DNA of 64,000 nt from an uncultured Klebsiella sp. (lineage in GTDB: Bacteria; Verrucomicrobiota; Verrucomicrobiia; Limisphaerales; SXTU01): positions 9,984-73,983 of the forward strand of contig CAYZJP010000002.1 of assembly GCA_964478755.1 (NCBI GenBank), written 5' to 3'. The position numbers were made by a program, and so were the translations under genes. Positions within the stretch are counted from its first letter, which is position 1; each line of letters opens with the position of its first letter. Below, piece after piece: positions 52,301 to 61,305 of the stretch. Under the pieces are notes generated by a model. The model did not search any database, had not been told where the DNA came from, and saw nothing but the letters and a program-made list of their open reading frames with translations.

Positions 52301-52529
52301 GCGCATCGCCCATGCCTTCCGGCTCGCGATGGCCCGCGCCCCGCGCGCTGGAGAACTTGCCACGCTCACGCAACTCCTGGAGGTGTCGCGCGCGAAGGAC
52401 GCGAAGGCAGCGAAGGAGTTCATCGCCAACTTCGCGCTGCCCACGGGCGTCACCGCCGAGGAATTCACCGCGTGGTATGCGGTGGCGGCGGCGCTGCTGA
52501 ACCTGGACGAAACAATCACAAAGGGATAA
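49305..52529 (+). CDS. Planctomycete cytochrome c + DUF1549 + discoidin-like insert + DUF1553 protein with an in-frame palindromic insertion
   Basis: CFECH, FGVRWARPWLDYARYADS, ECCQCHDHKYDP, ARVVVNRWW, SNTPLQALTLMN, LLNLDETITKG. Confidence 0.9.
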   Translation: MPVSKSLIQQSAGLLARVGALLLIAVVSAAAADRARSVDFEREILPIFQRVCFECHDAKQKKGKLRLDSRVAALQKPGIIVPGNSARSELVRRITLPKGHDDVMPNRGEPLSQSQADLIKTWMDQGAVWPESLQATKHWAYVKPVRPAVPSIANRQSSAGNPIDAFVLARLQQEGLKPSPEAPSEILARRLCLDLIGLPPSPAQTEAFAQRAAHNPQQAVEKLVDELLASPQFGVRWARPWLDYARYADSHGFQRDDFRDLWPYRDWVVNALNADMPFTQFTTEQLAGDLLPNATESQKIATGFNRSAPTNVEAGTDPEETRVNQIHDRVNTLGMTWLGVTLECCQCHDHKYDPFTQRDYYGLFAFFNNTALEADRTNPKVPGSIQFKGPTIDLADAATQAERVKLNTQIAEVNAKLAVLEKSAAAGQLEWEMTLGKKVAEAPKQYALDIAKFESTGGATHEILTDKSVLISGEPAPDKDTYIVEVRTKITGIRGFKLETLTDDSLPGKGPGRGDEKRPNFVLNNFTVTAAPANKPEQAKPVKFSSAQASFSQANYPVANLLNTDNTAKGGWAINPKFHEPHWAVLETAEPVGFAEGTVLKFKLEQGFGASRTIGRLRLCAITGNVGGKALPVELTEALAVPVARRTAKQKKFVMEFQLKENPEFARLEKERSRLGLQLLKIKPSTTLVMQEDSPRMSAVFQRGDFRTPGEKVEPHTPAVLHSLGSARVTRADFGVPPKSSSINLSPERASGETSEAARETRALPNRLDLAQWLVSRENPLVARVVVNRWWAELFGHGLVTTPEDFGIKGELPTHPELLDWLACEFMDNGWSMKKTLKTIVMSATYRQSSRVTPESFARDDQNLLYARGPRHRLEAEMIRDNALAISGLLSFKQGGAPIKPYQPDGLWVKVGGQRYDYEVSPGEEKYRRGLYVVWKRGAPYPSFVNFDANSRLACRVKRPRSNTPLQALTLMNDPVYVEAAMAFAKRVLTEKPTANTDERIAHAFRLAMARAPRAGELATLTQLLEVSRAKDAKAAKEFIANFALPTGVTAEEFTAWYAVAAALLNLDETITKG
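51474..51601. repeat. Palindromic element, family D, in frame within the CDS
   Basis: TIRs TTGGGGAGCGCACGCGTCACGCGTGC and GCACGCGAGACGCGTGCGCTCCCCAA; translates as LGSARVTRADFGVPPK...AARETRALP. Confidence 0.85.
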
Positions 52530-52539
52530 CGCTGCTGCC

Positions 52540-53271
52540 ATGCACCTGATGTTTGTTGATGAGTCTGGTGACCCCGGTTATCCGCCGGATGGCAATTGGC
52601 CAGCCTGGAAGGGCAGCAGCCACTTTGTTCGTGTCGGCGTGATTATTCATGGCTGGCGGTGGAAGGCTTGGCACCGGCGCCTCTTGAATTTCAAACAAAC
52701 GCGGGGATTGCTTTGGGATGCCGAAATCAAAGGCTCTCATCTCCGCACTGGCAAAGGGGTTTTCATTGGCTGGGAGGAATCACGGCGGCTGTTGTTTCGG
52801 AGTGACCTGGCAAAACTGATCGGCTACAGCCGGGAGATCACCCTTGTGGGCGTGGCGATTGACAAAAAGAAGGTGAATACTCTCGGACGCGAGCGAATCA
52901 TGCGCCCTGAAGTCCGCTCGCTTGAGTTGCTGTTGGAGCGTTACAACCACTTCCTCAACCAGCAATCGGACAAGGCGTGGATTGTCATTCTGGATCCGGT
53001 TGAAGAATCAAAGGATGACAACCTGCGGCACTTTCAGTCCTATCTGCTGGATCAAGGGCAAAACTTCCAGCATTCGCACATAGTTGAAGGCGCTTTCTTT
53101 GCCAAATCACACACGTCAAATCTGCTGCAGGTGGCGGATTTTGCAGCCAACGTGTTTTACCAGCACGCAGCCCGGGCGAATGGCGGGGATGAGTATGAGG
53201 CCTTGAAGCCGCGCTTCTGGCGGTGGAAAGGCAGGACGACCGGCTACGGAGTAAAGATATGGCCGGAATAA
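52540..53271 (+). CDS. DUF3800 family protein (RNase H-like acidic motifs)
   Basis: [13 protein letters not shown] start, [10 protein letters not shown], terminal GYGVKIWP; lower GC than its flanks. Confidence 0.85.
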   Translation: MHLMFVDESGDPGYPPDGNWPAWKGSSHFVRVGVIIHGWRWKAWHRRLLNFKQTRGLLWDAEIKGSHLRTGKGVFIGWEESRRLLFRSDLAKLIGYSREITLVGVAIDKKKVNTLGRERIMRPEVRSLELLLERYNHFLNQQSDKAWIVILDPVEESKDDNLRHFQSYLLDQGQNFQHSHIVEGAFFAKSHTSNLLQVADFAANVFYQHAARANGGDEYEALKPRFWRWKGRTTGYGVKIWPE

Positions 53272-53338
53272 AAAAGGCGGCCAAGGAAGCTTTCGCTCCG
53301 CCAGTCGCACACTTGCGGCTGTCTTGGTCGCGCCTTTT
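53272..53338 (+). ncRNA. Candidate DUF3800-associated structured RNA (three-way junction)
   Basis: Outer stem AAAAGGCG-GCCAAG/CTTGGTCGCGCCTTTT enclosing hairpins GGAAGC-TTTC-GCTCC and AGTCGCA-CACT-TGCGGCT, immediately after the stop. Confidence 0.45.
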
Positions 53339-53389
53339 CCATCGCTCATTGCCGGAAGATTTTCAAGCGTTTATTGGGAGGATTCCAAC

Positions 53390-54811
53390 ATGACCAACTA
53401 TGTCGCCCCACACTCACGTCGGCAATTCTTCCGCCGGAGCGGCTTCAGCCTCGGTTCGATGGCGCTCGCGTCGCTACTGCGCGGTTCGCTTCTCGCCGCG
53501 CCGGCGAATCCGCTCGCGTCGCGGCAGCCGATGTTCGCGCCGCGCGCGAAGCGGGTGATTTTCCTGCACATGATTGGCGCGCCGTCGCAGCTCGATATGT
53601 TCGACCACAAGCCCGAGTTGGTGAAGCGCGACGGCGAGGACTGCCCGGAGTCGTTGTTGAAGGGCCGGCGCTTCGCGTTCATCGGCGGGAAGATGCAGCT
53701 CGCTGGCAGCAAGTTTAAGTTCACCAAGCACGGGCGCAGCGGGCAGGAAATTTCTGAGACGCTGCCGCACTTGGCGAAGGTCGCGGACGACATCGCCATC
53801 GTGAAGACGCTGCACACGGAGGAGATCAATCACGCGCCGGCGCAGATGTTTTTGCACACCGGCTTCGGGCGCGGCGGGCGGCCGAGCTTCGGCTCGTGGG
53901 TGACTTACGGACTCGGCACGGAGAACCAGGATCTGCCCGCCTACACGGTGCTGCTCTCCGGCCCGCTTGGCGGCGCGGGCACGACGCTGTGGGCGAACGG
54001 CTTTTTGCCGAGCGTCTATCAGGGCATCCAGTTCCGTTCCAGTGGCGACCCGGTGTTGTTCCTCAGTAATCCCAAGGGCCAGTCGCAGGACGACCGGCGG
54101 CGCGTGTTCGATGCGGTCAAAGATTTGAACGAGCGTCAGCTCGCCGACGTGGGCGACCCGGAAATCGCCACGCGCATCAGCCAATATGAGATGGCGTTCA
54201 AGATGCAGACGAGCGTGCCGGAGCTGATGGACATCTCGCGCGAGTCGAAGTCCGTGCTCGACCTCTACGGCGCGAAGTCGGGCACGGCGGCGTTCGCGAA
54301 CAACTGCCTGCTCGCGCGCCGGCTCATCGAGCGCGGCGTGCGCGTGGTGGAACTTTACGACGCCGACTGGGACCATCACTCCGGCCTCGCGACGCGGTTG
54401 CCCGCGAAATGCCGCGATGTGGACCAGGGCATGGCCGGTCTCATCACCGACCTCAAGACGCGCGGGATGCTCGACGACACGCTCGTGATTTGGGGCGCAG
54501 AGTTCGGACGCACGCCGTTGCGGCAGGGCATTGACGGCGATGGCAAGAGCACGAACCCCGGCCGCGACCACCACAAGGACGCCTACACGATGTGGCTCGC
54601 CGGCGGCGGCGTGAAAGGCGGCCTTACCTACGGCCGCACGGACGATTTCGGCTTCAGCCCCGTGGAAAATCCCGTCCACGTCCACGACCTCAACGCGACC
54701 GTGCTGCACCTCCTCGGCCTCGACCACGAGCGGCTTACCTTCAAGTATCAAGGCCGCGAGTTCCGCCTGACGGACGTGCATGGCGAAGTGCTGCGCGGGC
54801 TGCTGGCGTGA
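53390..54811 (+). CDS. DUF1501 family protein
   Basis: [64 protein letters not shown]. Confidence 0.92.
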   Translation: MTNYVAPHSRRQFFRRSGFSLGSMALASLLRGSLLAAPANPLASRQPMFAPRAKRVIFLHMIGAPSQLDMFDHKPELVKRDGEDCPESLLKGRRFAFIGGKMQLAGSKFKFTKHGRSGQEISETLPHLAKVADDIAIVKTLHTEEINHAPAQMFLHTGFGRGGRPSFGSWVTYGLGTENQDLPAYTVLLSGPLGGAGTTLWANGFLPSVYQGIQFRSSGDPVLFLSNPKGQSQDDRRRVFDAVKDLNERQLADVGDPEIATRISQYEMAFKMQTSVPELMDISRESKSVLDLYGAKSGTAAFANNCLLARRLIERGVRVVELYDADWDHHSGLATRLPAKCRDVDQGMAGLITDLKTRGMLDDTLVIWGAEFGRTPLRQGIDGDGKSTNPGRDHHKDAYTMWLAGGGVKGGLTYGRTDDFGFSPVENPVHVHDLNATVLHLLGLDHERLTFKYQGREFRLTDVHGEVLRGLLA

Positions 54812-54869
54812 GCGGGACGCGCCTGTCCCGCACCTCGAAGCAGGACAGGAGGGGCCGCACCACAAACGA

Positions 54870-54902
54870 GCCAGCCGGTGAAGTTTCCTTTCACCGGCTG
54901 GC
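54870..54902. terminator. Terminator hairpin between convergent genes
   Basis: 13-bp stem GCCAGCCGGTGAA/TTCACCGGCTGGC. Confidence 0.6.
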
Positions 54903-54925
54903 GCTTGGTCAAGTTGGACAGCGGC

Positions 54926-55366
54926 TTACTTCAGGACCGCCGCGTGGAACTCAAACCAGTCGTCGAGGTTGTTCAGGTCCACCGCGCCGGGCAACACGCT
55001 GCCGTCATCGGGCAGGCCGCTCGCGCTGAGGATGCCCTTGCGCGTGCCGTCGTCGTGGCAGTAGCCGAGGATGGCGAGGTTGTGGCGATGGATGTCAGCC
55101 TTGGTGAGCTTCTTGCCGTTCTTGCGCACCCACGCCTCGAAGGCGGGATAGGTCGGCTTGTTGGCGCTGATGAACGCCTTGACCGCACCGGCGTCAAGGC
55201 CGAGCGCGTCGCAGGTCATCTGGTCATAACCCTTGCCGAGGCCGGGATAACCGGCGGCGAGTTTGCCGCCGGCTTCGAGGGAAACCTTCAGCCAAAGGCG
55301 GGGGAGGTGAAGCGCGCCGAGCGGGCCGGCGACGCCTGAACTGATCATGGGGACGTATGTGCTCAT
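54926..55366 (-). CDS. DUF5069-like conserved protein
   Basis: GPLGALHLPRLWLK, YPGLGKGYD...LGLD, NNLDDW pattern; host-like codon usage. Confidence 0.6.
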   Translation of the reverse strand: MSTYVPMISSGVAGPLGALHLPRLWLKVSLEAGGKLAAGYPGLGKGYDQMTCDALGLDAGAVKAFISANKPTYPAFEAWVRKNGKKLTKADIHRHNLAILGYCHDDGTRKGILSASGLPDDGSVLPGAVDLNNLDDWFEFHAAVLK

Positions 55367-55400
55367 AGTTTTACTGCTGGTGAATTGATTTTGCGTGCGC

Positions 55401-55430
55401 AGCTTAGGGAAACGCCTTCGCGCGGGTCAA
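55401..55430 (-). promoter_or_regulatory. sigma70 promoter (TTGACC-N18-TAAGCT)
   Basis: Near-consensus hexamers upstream of the DUF5069-like gene. Confidence 0.5.
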
Positions 55431-55469
55431 CGGGTTTTTCACAGACGACAATAGGGGCGTCGTGATCGG

Positions 55470-56205
55470 CTACGGACCCCATAGCCGGTCAACGTTCTTG
55501 ATCCAATCAACGCGTGACACCGCACGCGCGGAACCGTCAGCGAAACCGCAGGTGGCCTTGTCATTGGGACTGTCCAGCTTTGGATTGCTGCGGCTGTGAT
55601 AGCAGGCGAAGCCGTTGTCCACGTAGTTGTAAGGCGGCGTTGGGTTGATGCCGGAGTTACTGTCCATGATGCCGTCTCCATCGAGATCCAAGTTGAACAC
55701 CCAGACGTTGGGACTCCACACCAAGTTCGTTGAGCCGGCCACAAGCATGGTCTGCGGCGCGATCAGGTTCAGCCGCGTCGAACCGTTAAGCCCCGGGTCG
55801 TTGCCCATGCAGGCGAAGACGCGACCGTAGTTCACGCTGTAGTTGTTGTTCTGCTGGGTCTTCGGGCAGGTCAGCAGCCGACCACCAAAATTACTGCCGG
55901 CCCCGGCGGCATTGGTGTTGCCCCCCGATATAAGGGCCGATGGTCTGCCACCACCAGTCGGTTGGCGAGGTCGCGCCACTCGCGGAAAAGCCGTAGCCAA
56001 AGTGCGGGAGTTGCTCTTCGTGGTCGCCCGCATAAAGGATCATGCCCAACGCGATTTGCTTCTTGTTGTTCAGGCACTTGGACGTAAGCGATTTGTCCTG
56101 CGCCTTGCTCAAGGCAGGCAGGAGCATACCGGCAAGGATGGCGATAATCGCGATGACAACGAGGAGTTCGATCAGGGTAAAGGCTGAAGAAGCGCTCGTT
56201 TTCAT
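55470..56205 (-). pseudogene. Prepilin-type N-terminal protein frameshifted (+1) at a G6 tract (55921-55926)
   Basis: [15 protein letters not shown]...TIGPYIGG in one frame; [20 protein letters not shown]...GFADGSA in another. Removing one G restores a single 244-aa ORF. Confidence 0.8.
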
Positions 56206-56344
56206 ACGAGTGGTCGCGCCGCAGGAGTGTGGGCTCATGCCGTCAAGGGAGGGTTTGTGGCACCGTGGCCTGCCCTGTTCAATGCCGGGCAGGTCCGCCA
56301 CGAGCCTTGCTTTTCGCCTCCCGTTTCCTAGCCTCGCGCGACGC

Positions 56345-57646
56345 ATGAGAATCAGCATCTTCGGCTTGGGCTACGTGGGCGCGGTGACGGCCGGGTGTCT
56401 GTCGAGTCATGGACATTCCATCGTCGGCGTGGACGTGCATCCGGCGAAGGTCGAGGATTTCAACAAGGGCATTCCGCCCATCGTCGAGCCGGGCTTGGAT
56501 GAACTGCTCAAGGACGCGAAGGCCAAAGGACTCCTCCGTGCCACGCAGAACTGCGCCGACGCCATCGCGGACACTGAGCAGTCCATCGTGTGCGTTGGCA
56601 CTCCCTCCAACGCGGCGGGCGGGCTGGACTTGAACTTCGTGCGCGGCGTCGCGCGCGAGATCGGCGACGTGCTCCGCAAATCGCACAAGCCGCACACGCT
56701 CGTCTTCCGCAGCACGATGCTCCCCGGCAGCACGGCGAAGCTCGTGGGCGAGTTGCTCGGCGATCTGGAGAAATCCGGCGCGCTGCGCGTGTTCTACTAC
56801 CCGGAGTTTCTGCGCGAGAGCACGGCGGTGGCGGACTTTGAGACGCCTTCGCTCGCGGTCGTCGGTTCGCGCAATGGCTCCTCGCCGCCGGCGGACTTGA
56901 TGAAGAATCTCTTTGGCGAGAAGGCCGCCGTCGTCAACTGGCCCACTGCCGAGATGGTCAAATACGCGTGCAACGCCTTCCACGCCGCGAAGATCACCTT
57001 CGCGAACGAGGTCGGCCGCGTTGGCAAATCCGTCGAGGTGGACGCGCGCGCCGTGATGTCGCTGCTGTGCCAGGACACGCGGCTGAACATCTCGAGTTAC
57101 TACATGAAGCCGGGCAATCCGTTCGGCGGCTCGTGCCTGCCCAAGGACGTGCGCGCGCTCACCAACCTTGCGCGCACAAACGGCCTGAGCCTGCCGTTGC
57201 TGGAAAATCTGCTCACCAGCAACGAGCGTCACCTCAGCAGCCTGCTGCATCTCATCACCGAGACTGAGCACCGCGAAGTCGTCATCCTCGGCCTCTCGTT
57301 CAAGTCCAACACCGACGACCTGCGCGAAAGCCCGATGGTGGACGTGGCGCAGGCGCTCCTCGGTCGCGGCTACAAGCTGCGCATCTACGATCCTGCGTTG
57401 AACCTCGCGGCGCTCGTCGGCGCGAACAAGCGCGTCATTGACACCACGATGCCGCACCTCGCGAACCTGCTGCACACCGACCTCGCCACGGCCATCGGCC
57501 TGCGCGGCCTCATCGTCGCGGCGCAGAAATGTGCGCCGCTGGCCGAATTGAAGAAGCTTGTGAACGCGAACCATCACGTCCTCGACGTGAACGGCTGGAC
57601 GGACTTGAAGGAACTGCCGGCGAAGTATGAAGGGTTCTGTTGGTAG
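56345..57646 (+). CDS. Nucleotide-sugar dehydrogenase, GDP-mannose 6-dehydrogenase (AlgD)-like
   Basis: [66 protein letters not shown]. Confidence 0.88.
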   Translation: MRISIFGLGYVGAVTAGCLSSHGHSIVGVDVHPAKVEDFNKGIPPIVEPGLDELLKDAKAKGLLRATQNCADAIADTEQSIVCVGTPSNAAGGLDLNFVRGVAREIGDVLRKSHKPHTLVFRSTMLPGSTAKLVGELLGDLEKSGALRVFYYPEFLRESTAVADFETPSLAVVGSRNGSSPPADLMKNLFGEKAAVVNWPTAEMVKYACNAFHAAKITFANEVGRVGKSVEVDARAVMSLLCQDTRLNISSYYMKPGNPFGGSCLPKDVRALTNLARTNGLSLPLLENLLTSNERHLSSLLHLITETEHREVVILGLSFKSNTDDLRESPMVDVAQALLGRGYKLRIYDPALNLAALVGANKRVIDTTMPHLANLLHTDLATAIGLRGLIVAAQKCAPLAELKKLVNANHHVLDVNGWTDLKELPAKYEGFCW

Positions 57647-58443
57647 CCCCTTGCTTGAACGAGTCACGTTTTGAATCTGGTCCGCGCCTGAATGTCCTCG
57701 GCGTTGGCGTCAGCGTGTTGAATCTGACAGAAGCGCTTACGGTGGTGTCGCGCGCGGTGGCGGAGCGGCGCAAGGGCTACGTGTGCGTCACGGGCGTCCA
57801 CGGCGTGAGCGAGGCGCAGGACGATTCGGGGTTTCGCCGCATCCTGAACCGCGCCTTCCTCAACACGCCGGACGGGATGCCGATGGTCTGGCTCGGGCGG
57901 CTGGCGGGCCATCGCGAGATGCGTCGCGTCTATGGGCCGGACTTGATGACGCTGGTGATGCGCGAGTCCGTGGCGCGTGGTTGGCGGCACTTCTTCTACG
58001 GTGGAGCGAACGGCACAGCGGAGCGGTTGCGCACGGTGCTTGCGGCAAAGTTTCCCGGCCTGCAAGTCACTGGCACCTACGAGCCACCGTTCCGCCCGCT
58101 GACTGAGGCGGAGCAGGCCGCGCTCACCGCGCAGGTCGCCGCCGCGAAGCCGGACATATTTTGGGTCGGTCTCAGCACGCCGAAGCAGGAGCGCTTCATG
58201 GCGGAGAATCTCGCGTGCCTCGACACGACGCTCATGATCGGCGTCGGTGCGGCGTTCGACATGCTCGCGGGCACGAAAGCGCAGGCACCGCAGTGGATGC
58301 AACGCAGCGGATTGGAATGGTTTTACCGGCTGTGCCAGGAGCCGCGCCGGCTCGGGCCGCGTTACTTGAAGAACAATCCGCTCTTCGCGCTGCGCGTGCT
58401 GGCTCAGTTGAGCGGGCTGCGGAAATACGAACTGGAGCGGTGA
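57640..58443 (+). CDS. WecB/TagA/CpsF-family glycosyltransferase
   Basis: NTPDGMP, RVYGPDL, FFYGG, WVGLSTPKQE, GVGAAFD, GLEWFYRLCQEPRRL; exact start uncertain. Confidence 0.92.
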   Translation: MVAPCLNESRFESGPRLNVLGVGVSVLNLTEALTVVSRAVAERRKGYVCVTGVHGVSEAQDDSGFRRILNRAFLNTPDGMPMVWLGRLAGHREMRRVYGPDLMTLVMRESVARGWRHFFYGGANGTAERLRTVLAAKFPGLQVTGTYEPPFRPLTEAEQAALTAQVAAAKPDIFWVGLSTPKQERFMAENLACLDTTLMIGVGAAFDMLAGTKAQAPQWMQRSGLEWFYRLCQEPRRLGPRYLKNNPLFALRVLAQLSGLRKYELER

Positions 58444-58527
58444 CGGTTGTCCCGGTCGCTGCCAGTCATCGTCACGCTTTTCCATGTGCATTTCCGCTGG
58501 GCCTGTGGTTATGCTTCGCGCCTTTTT

Positions 58528-59679
58528 ATGGGTCTGCCGACACAGTTGCATAAGGAATTCGTCGCTGAGTTCAAGCGCGAGCCACAGATCGTCCTGCGCG
58601 CCATCTGCGACATCACGGGCGAGGACGGCCTGACCTGGCTGGCGTGCGACGGCGCGGTGCTCGCCTGCTTCTCCAAGCCGGCGGGCGGCGAATTCATGCG
58701 GCATGATTACAAGCTCTCCGAGGCCACCTCGCTGGAGGCAGGGTCGGAGGGGGAACACTTGCTCTTCAAAGCGCGTTTCCCCGAGGCCGAATTTGTGCTG
58801 CGCCTCCCGGCGACAGAGGACATGACCTTGCAAAAGCTCGTCGCGTTGCAGCCCAGCATGGACTCGGTGAACACGATTCGGCCGCCGACGTCGCTGACGC
58901 CGCACCTGGTTTGCGCCGCTGCCGTGTATGCGTTCGTGCAGGCTGATGGTGTGTCGGCAAAGGAGGAAGTGGATTGGGTGGTGGCGCAATTCGGAAACCA
59001 GAATTCATTCCGACGCGGTGGTTCGTGGGTGGTGAAGCACGGCTTCGCCAGGCTGCTCGACGAGGCGAAGGGCCTACTCACGTCCGCGAAGAAGGAGGGC
59101 GTCATCGTGAACCTCCTCGAGCTGGGCTTTTCCGACAACAAGCTGGCCCGCGAGGAGATCACCATGCTCGAGGAATGGCGGCAGGCGACGGGCATGACCG
59201 AGGAGCGTTACCAGCGCTGCTACGACAGCATTCTCGCGGCTGCATCGCTCGGCGCGTTGGTGAATGAAACATCTTCCGGCCCGGACTGGACGTCGGTGAA
59301 CCTGCTCTGTGCCGGGCTGCTCGGCGTGATTCAACACCACCCTGAGACCGCCGAGCGGCGCGTCAAGGCCTTGGAGCGCCGCATCCAGTCCACCGATGCG
59401 ATCAACGCGGGCCAGACCTACGTCGAGCAGTTGGGAACTGACGGCCTCGTGACTGTGCTCAGTGAGATGCTCCAGCCCGCGCAGCGGCGGTGCGTGCTCG
59501 CGAATGTCCTGCACGAAGCCTATCTGGACGGCGAGCCGTCGCCGGAGGTGGCTGCCTATTTGCAGCAGTTGCACGACGGTCTGGGTGTCAGCCCCGCCGA
59601 CTTCGAGGCGGACGCGCAAGTCTTCCGCCGGCTGGGCGACAAGTCGCTCTTCCGCGAGCCGGCCGGGCCACAGCAGTAG
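58528..59679 (+). CDS. Hypothetical protein with two TerB-like helical repeats
   Basis: QADGVSAKEE ... SDNKLAREEITML and a second unit ending LDGEPSPEVAAYLQQL; fold call made by eye. Confidence 0.5.
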   Translation: MGLPTQLHKEFVAEFKREPQIVLRAICDITGEDGLTWLACDGAVLACFSKPAGGEFMRHDYKLSEATSLEAGSEGEHLLFKARFPEAEFVLRLPATEDMTLQKLVALQPSMDSVNTIRPPTSLTPHLVCAAAVYAFVQADGVSAKEEVDWVVAQFGNQNSFRRGGSWVVKHGFARLLDEAKGLLTSAKKEGVIVNLLELGFSDNKLAREEITMLEEWRQATGMTEERYQRCYDSILAAASLGALVNETSSGPDWTSVNLLCAGLLGVIQHHPETAERRVKALERRIQSTDAINAGQTYVEQLGTDGLVTVLSEMLQPAQRRCVLANVLHEAYLDGEPSPEVAAYLQQLHDGLGVSPADFEADAQVFRRLGDKSLFREPAGPQQ

Positions 59680-59703
59680 TGTCACGAGTCGGCCGCGAAA
59701 GCG

Positions 59704-59733
59704 TTGCCAAAGCGCGCGGCCTCCCTTTACAGT
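59704..59733 (+). promoter_or_regulatory. sigma70 promoter of scpAB-pheA (TTGCCA-N18-TACAGT)
   Basis: Consensus-like hexamers upstream of scpA. Confidence 0.45.
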
Positions 59734-59766
59734 CCGCCGACCCGCGAGTGATTGCGCGGGCCACTG

Positions 59767-60564
59767 ATGTCCGAATTCAAAGTTCAATTTGAGATCTTCG
59801 AGGGGCCGCTGGACCTGCTCCTCTACCTCGTCAAGAAGGAGGAGGTGGACATCTACGAGGTCAATCTCACCAAGCTCGCCACCGAGTTCATCGCCTACGT
59901 GGACCTCATGCGGCAGCTCGACCTCGACCTCGCGGGCGAGTTTCTCGTGATGGCTTCCACGCTCATGTATATCAAGAGCCGTGAGCTGCTGCCGAAGGAT
60001 TTGCAGGTCGCCGTCGAGGGCGAGGATGAAGGCGAAGACCCGCGCTGGGAACTCATCCGCCAGCTCGTCGAATACAAGAAGTTCAAGGACGCCGCCGGAC
60101 GGTTGCAGGAAATGGAGGCCGCGCAGGAGAACATCTACCGCCGCACCGCTCCGAAACTGGCGTTCGAGGCGCCGGCCCAGCGCGTTGAGCTTTCCATCTT
60201 CGACCTTGTCAATGCGGTCAACGTCATCCTCAAGCGTTTCGCCACTGACGACTCGCGAGATGTCTTCGAGGACAGGTGGACCGTCAGCGAGAAGATCGAG
60301 TCCATCGTGAATCTCATCCGCGAGCGACCCGCCGTGAAGTTCTCCGAGCTGTTCGCCGCCGCGACGAGCCGCACCGAGGTCGTCGTGACCTTCCTCGCGA
60401 TGCTGGAGTTGATCCGCCTCAAGCAGATCCATATCGCCCAGACTGAGGCGTTTGCGGAAATTGAAATCACCAAGGCCCCGCCGCAGCCCATCGCGCAGCC
60501 GGCGGAACCCGCTGCCGAAACTGCTCCCGCTCCCGTCGCTGAACTGAACTTGCGGATGAACTAG
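59767..60564 (+). CDS. scpA: Segregation and condensation protein A
   Basis: FEGPLDLLLYLV, AGEFLVMASTLMYIKSRELLP, VVTFLAMLELIR. Confidence 0.95.
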   Translation: MSEFKVQFEIFEGPLDLLLYLVKKEEVDIYEVNLTKLATEFIAYVDLMRQLDLDLAGEFLVMASTLMYIKSRELLPKDLQVAVEGEDEGEDPRWELIRQLVEYKKFKDAAGRLQEMEAAQENIYRRTAPKLAFEAPAQRVELSIFDLVNAVNVILKRFATDDSRDVFEDRWTVSEKIESIVNLIRERPAVKFSELFAAATSRTEVVVTFLAMLELIRLKQIHIAQTEAFAEIEITKAPPQPIAQPAEPAAETAPAPVAELNLRMN

Positions 60565-60565
60565 C

Positions 60566-61294
60566 ATGGAACTCAAAGCCATCATCGAGGCCGTCCTCTT
60601 CAACTCCCAGAAGCCGCTGAGTCCGAAAGAACTTCGCGACGTGCTCACGCTGACCGCCGAGAACTCCGAGGAGCCGCTCGCCAAGTCGTTCAAGAAGGTA
60701 AAGGACGAAGAACTCACCGCCGTGCTCGAAGCGCTCGCGCAGGAGCACGAGTCCGCCGCGCGGACCTTCCGTCTGGTGTGTGTCGCAGGTGCGTGGCAGT
60801 TCGTCAGCCAGCCGGAATTCGCGCCGTGGATCAAGACGCTCGTCGGCGAGAAGAACCGTCCGGGCCGCCTCTCGCAGCCCGCACTGGAGACGCTCGCCAT
60901 CATTGCCTACCGCCAACCGCTCACGCGCGCGGAGATCGAGCAAATTCGCGGCGTGGCCGTGGATGGCGTGATGCAAACCCTCTTGGAGCGTGGCCTCGTG
61001 GAGCAGACTGGCCGCGCCGAAGTCGTGGGCCGGCCCGCGCTTTACAACACGACTCCTGTGTTTCTCGAATACTTCGGCCTGCGCGGTCTCGAAGACCTCC
61101 CCGCCGCCGATGAGTTGCGCAAGATTCCGGTCAAGAAACCTGAAGCACTGCTCACCGCCGAACCGGGTCTCGCCACCGTCCCGCCGGAGCAACTGTCATT
61201 GCAGGAAGTGACAGGCCGCGGGACAGCTCCGGCGGAAGCGCCTGCGCCCGAATCCCGCGCAACTTCATCGGGCGAACCGCCGGCAAGAGCTTGA
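60566..61294 (+). CDS. scpB: Segregation and condensation protein B
   Basis: IIEAVLF, LSQPALETLAIIAYRQPLTRAEIEQIRGV, GRPALY.TT..FLEYFGL. Confidence 0.95.
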   Translation: MELKAIIEAVLFNSQKPLSPKELRDVLTLTAENSEEPLAKSFKKVKDEELTAVLEALAQEHESAARTFRLVCVAGAWQFVSQPEFAPWIKTLVGEKNRPGRLSQPALETLAIIAYRQPLTRAEIEQIRGVAVDGVMQTLLERGLVEQTGRAEVVGRPALYNTTPVFLEYFGLRGLEDLPAADELRKIPVKKPEALLTAEPGLATVPPEQLSLQEVTGRGTAPAEAPAPESRATSSGEPPARA

Positions 61295-61305
61295 GCATTC
61301 CGCCC

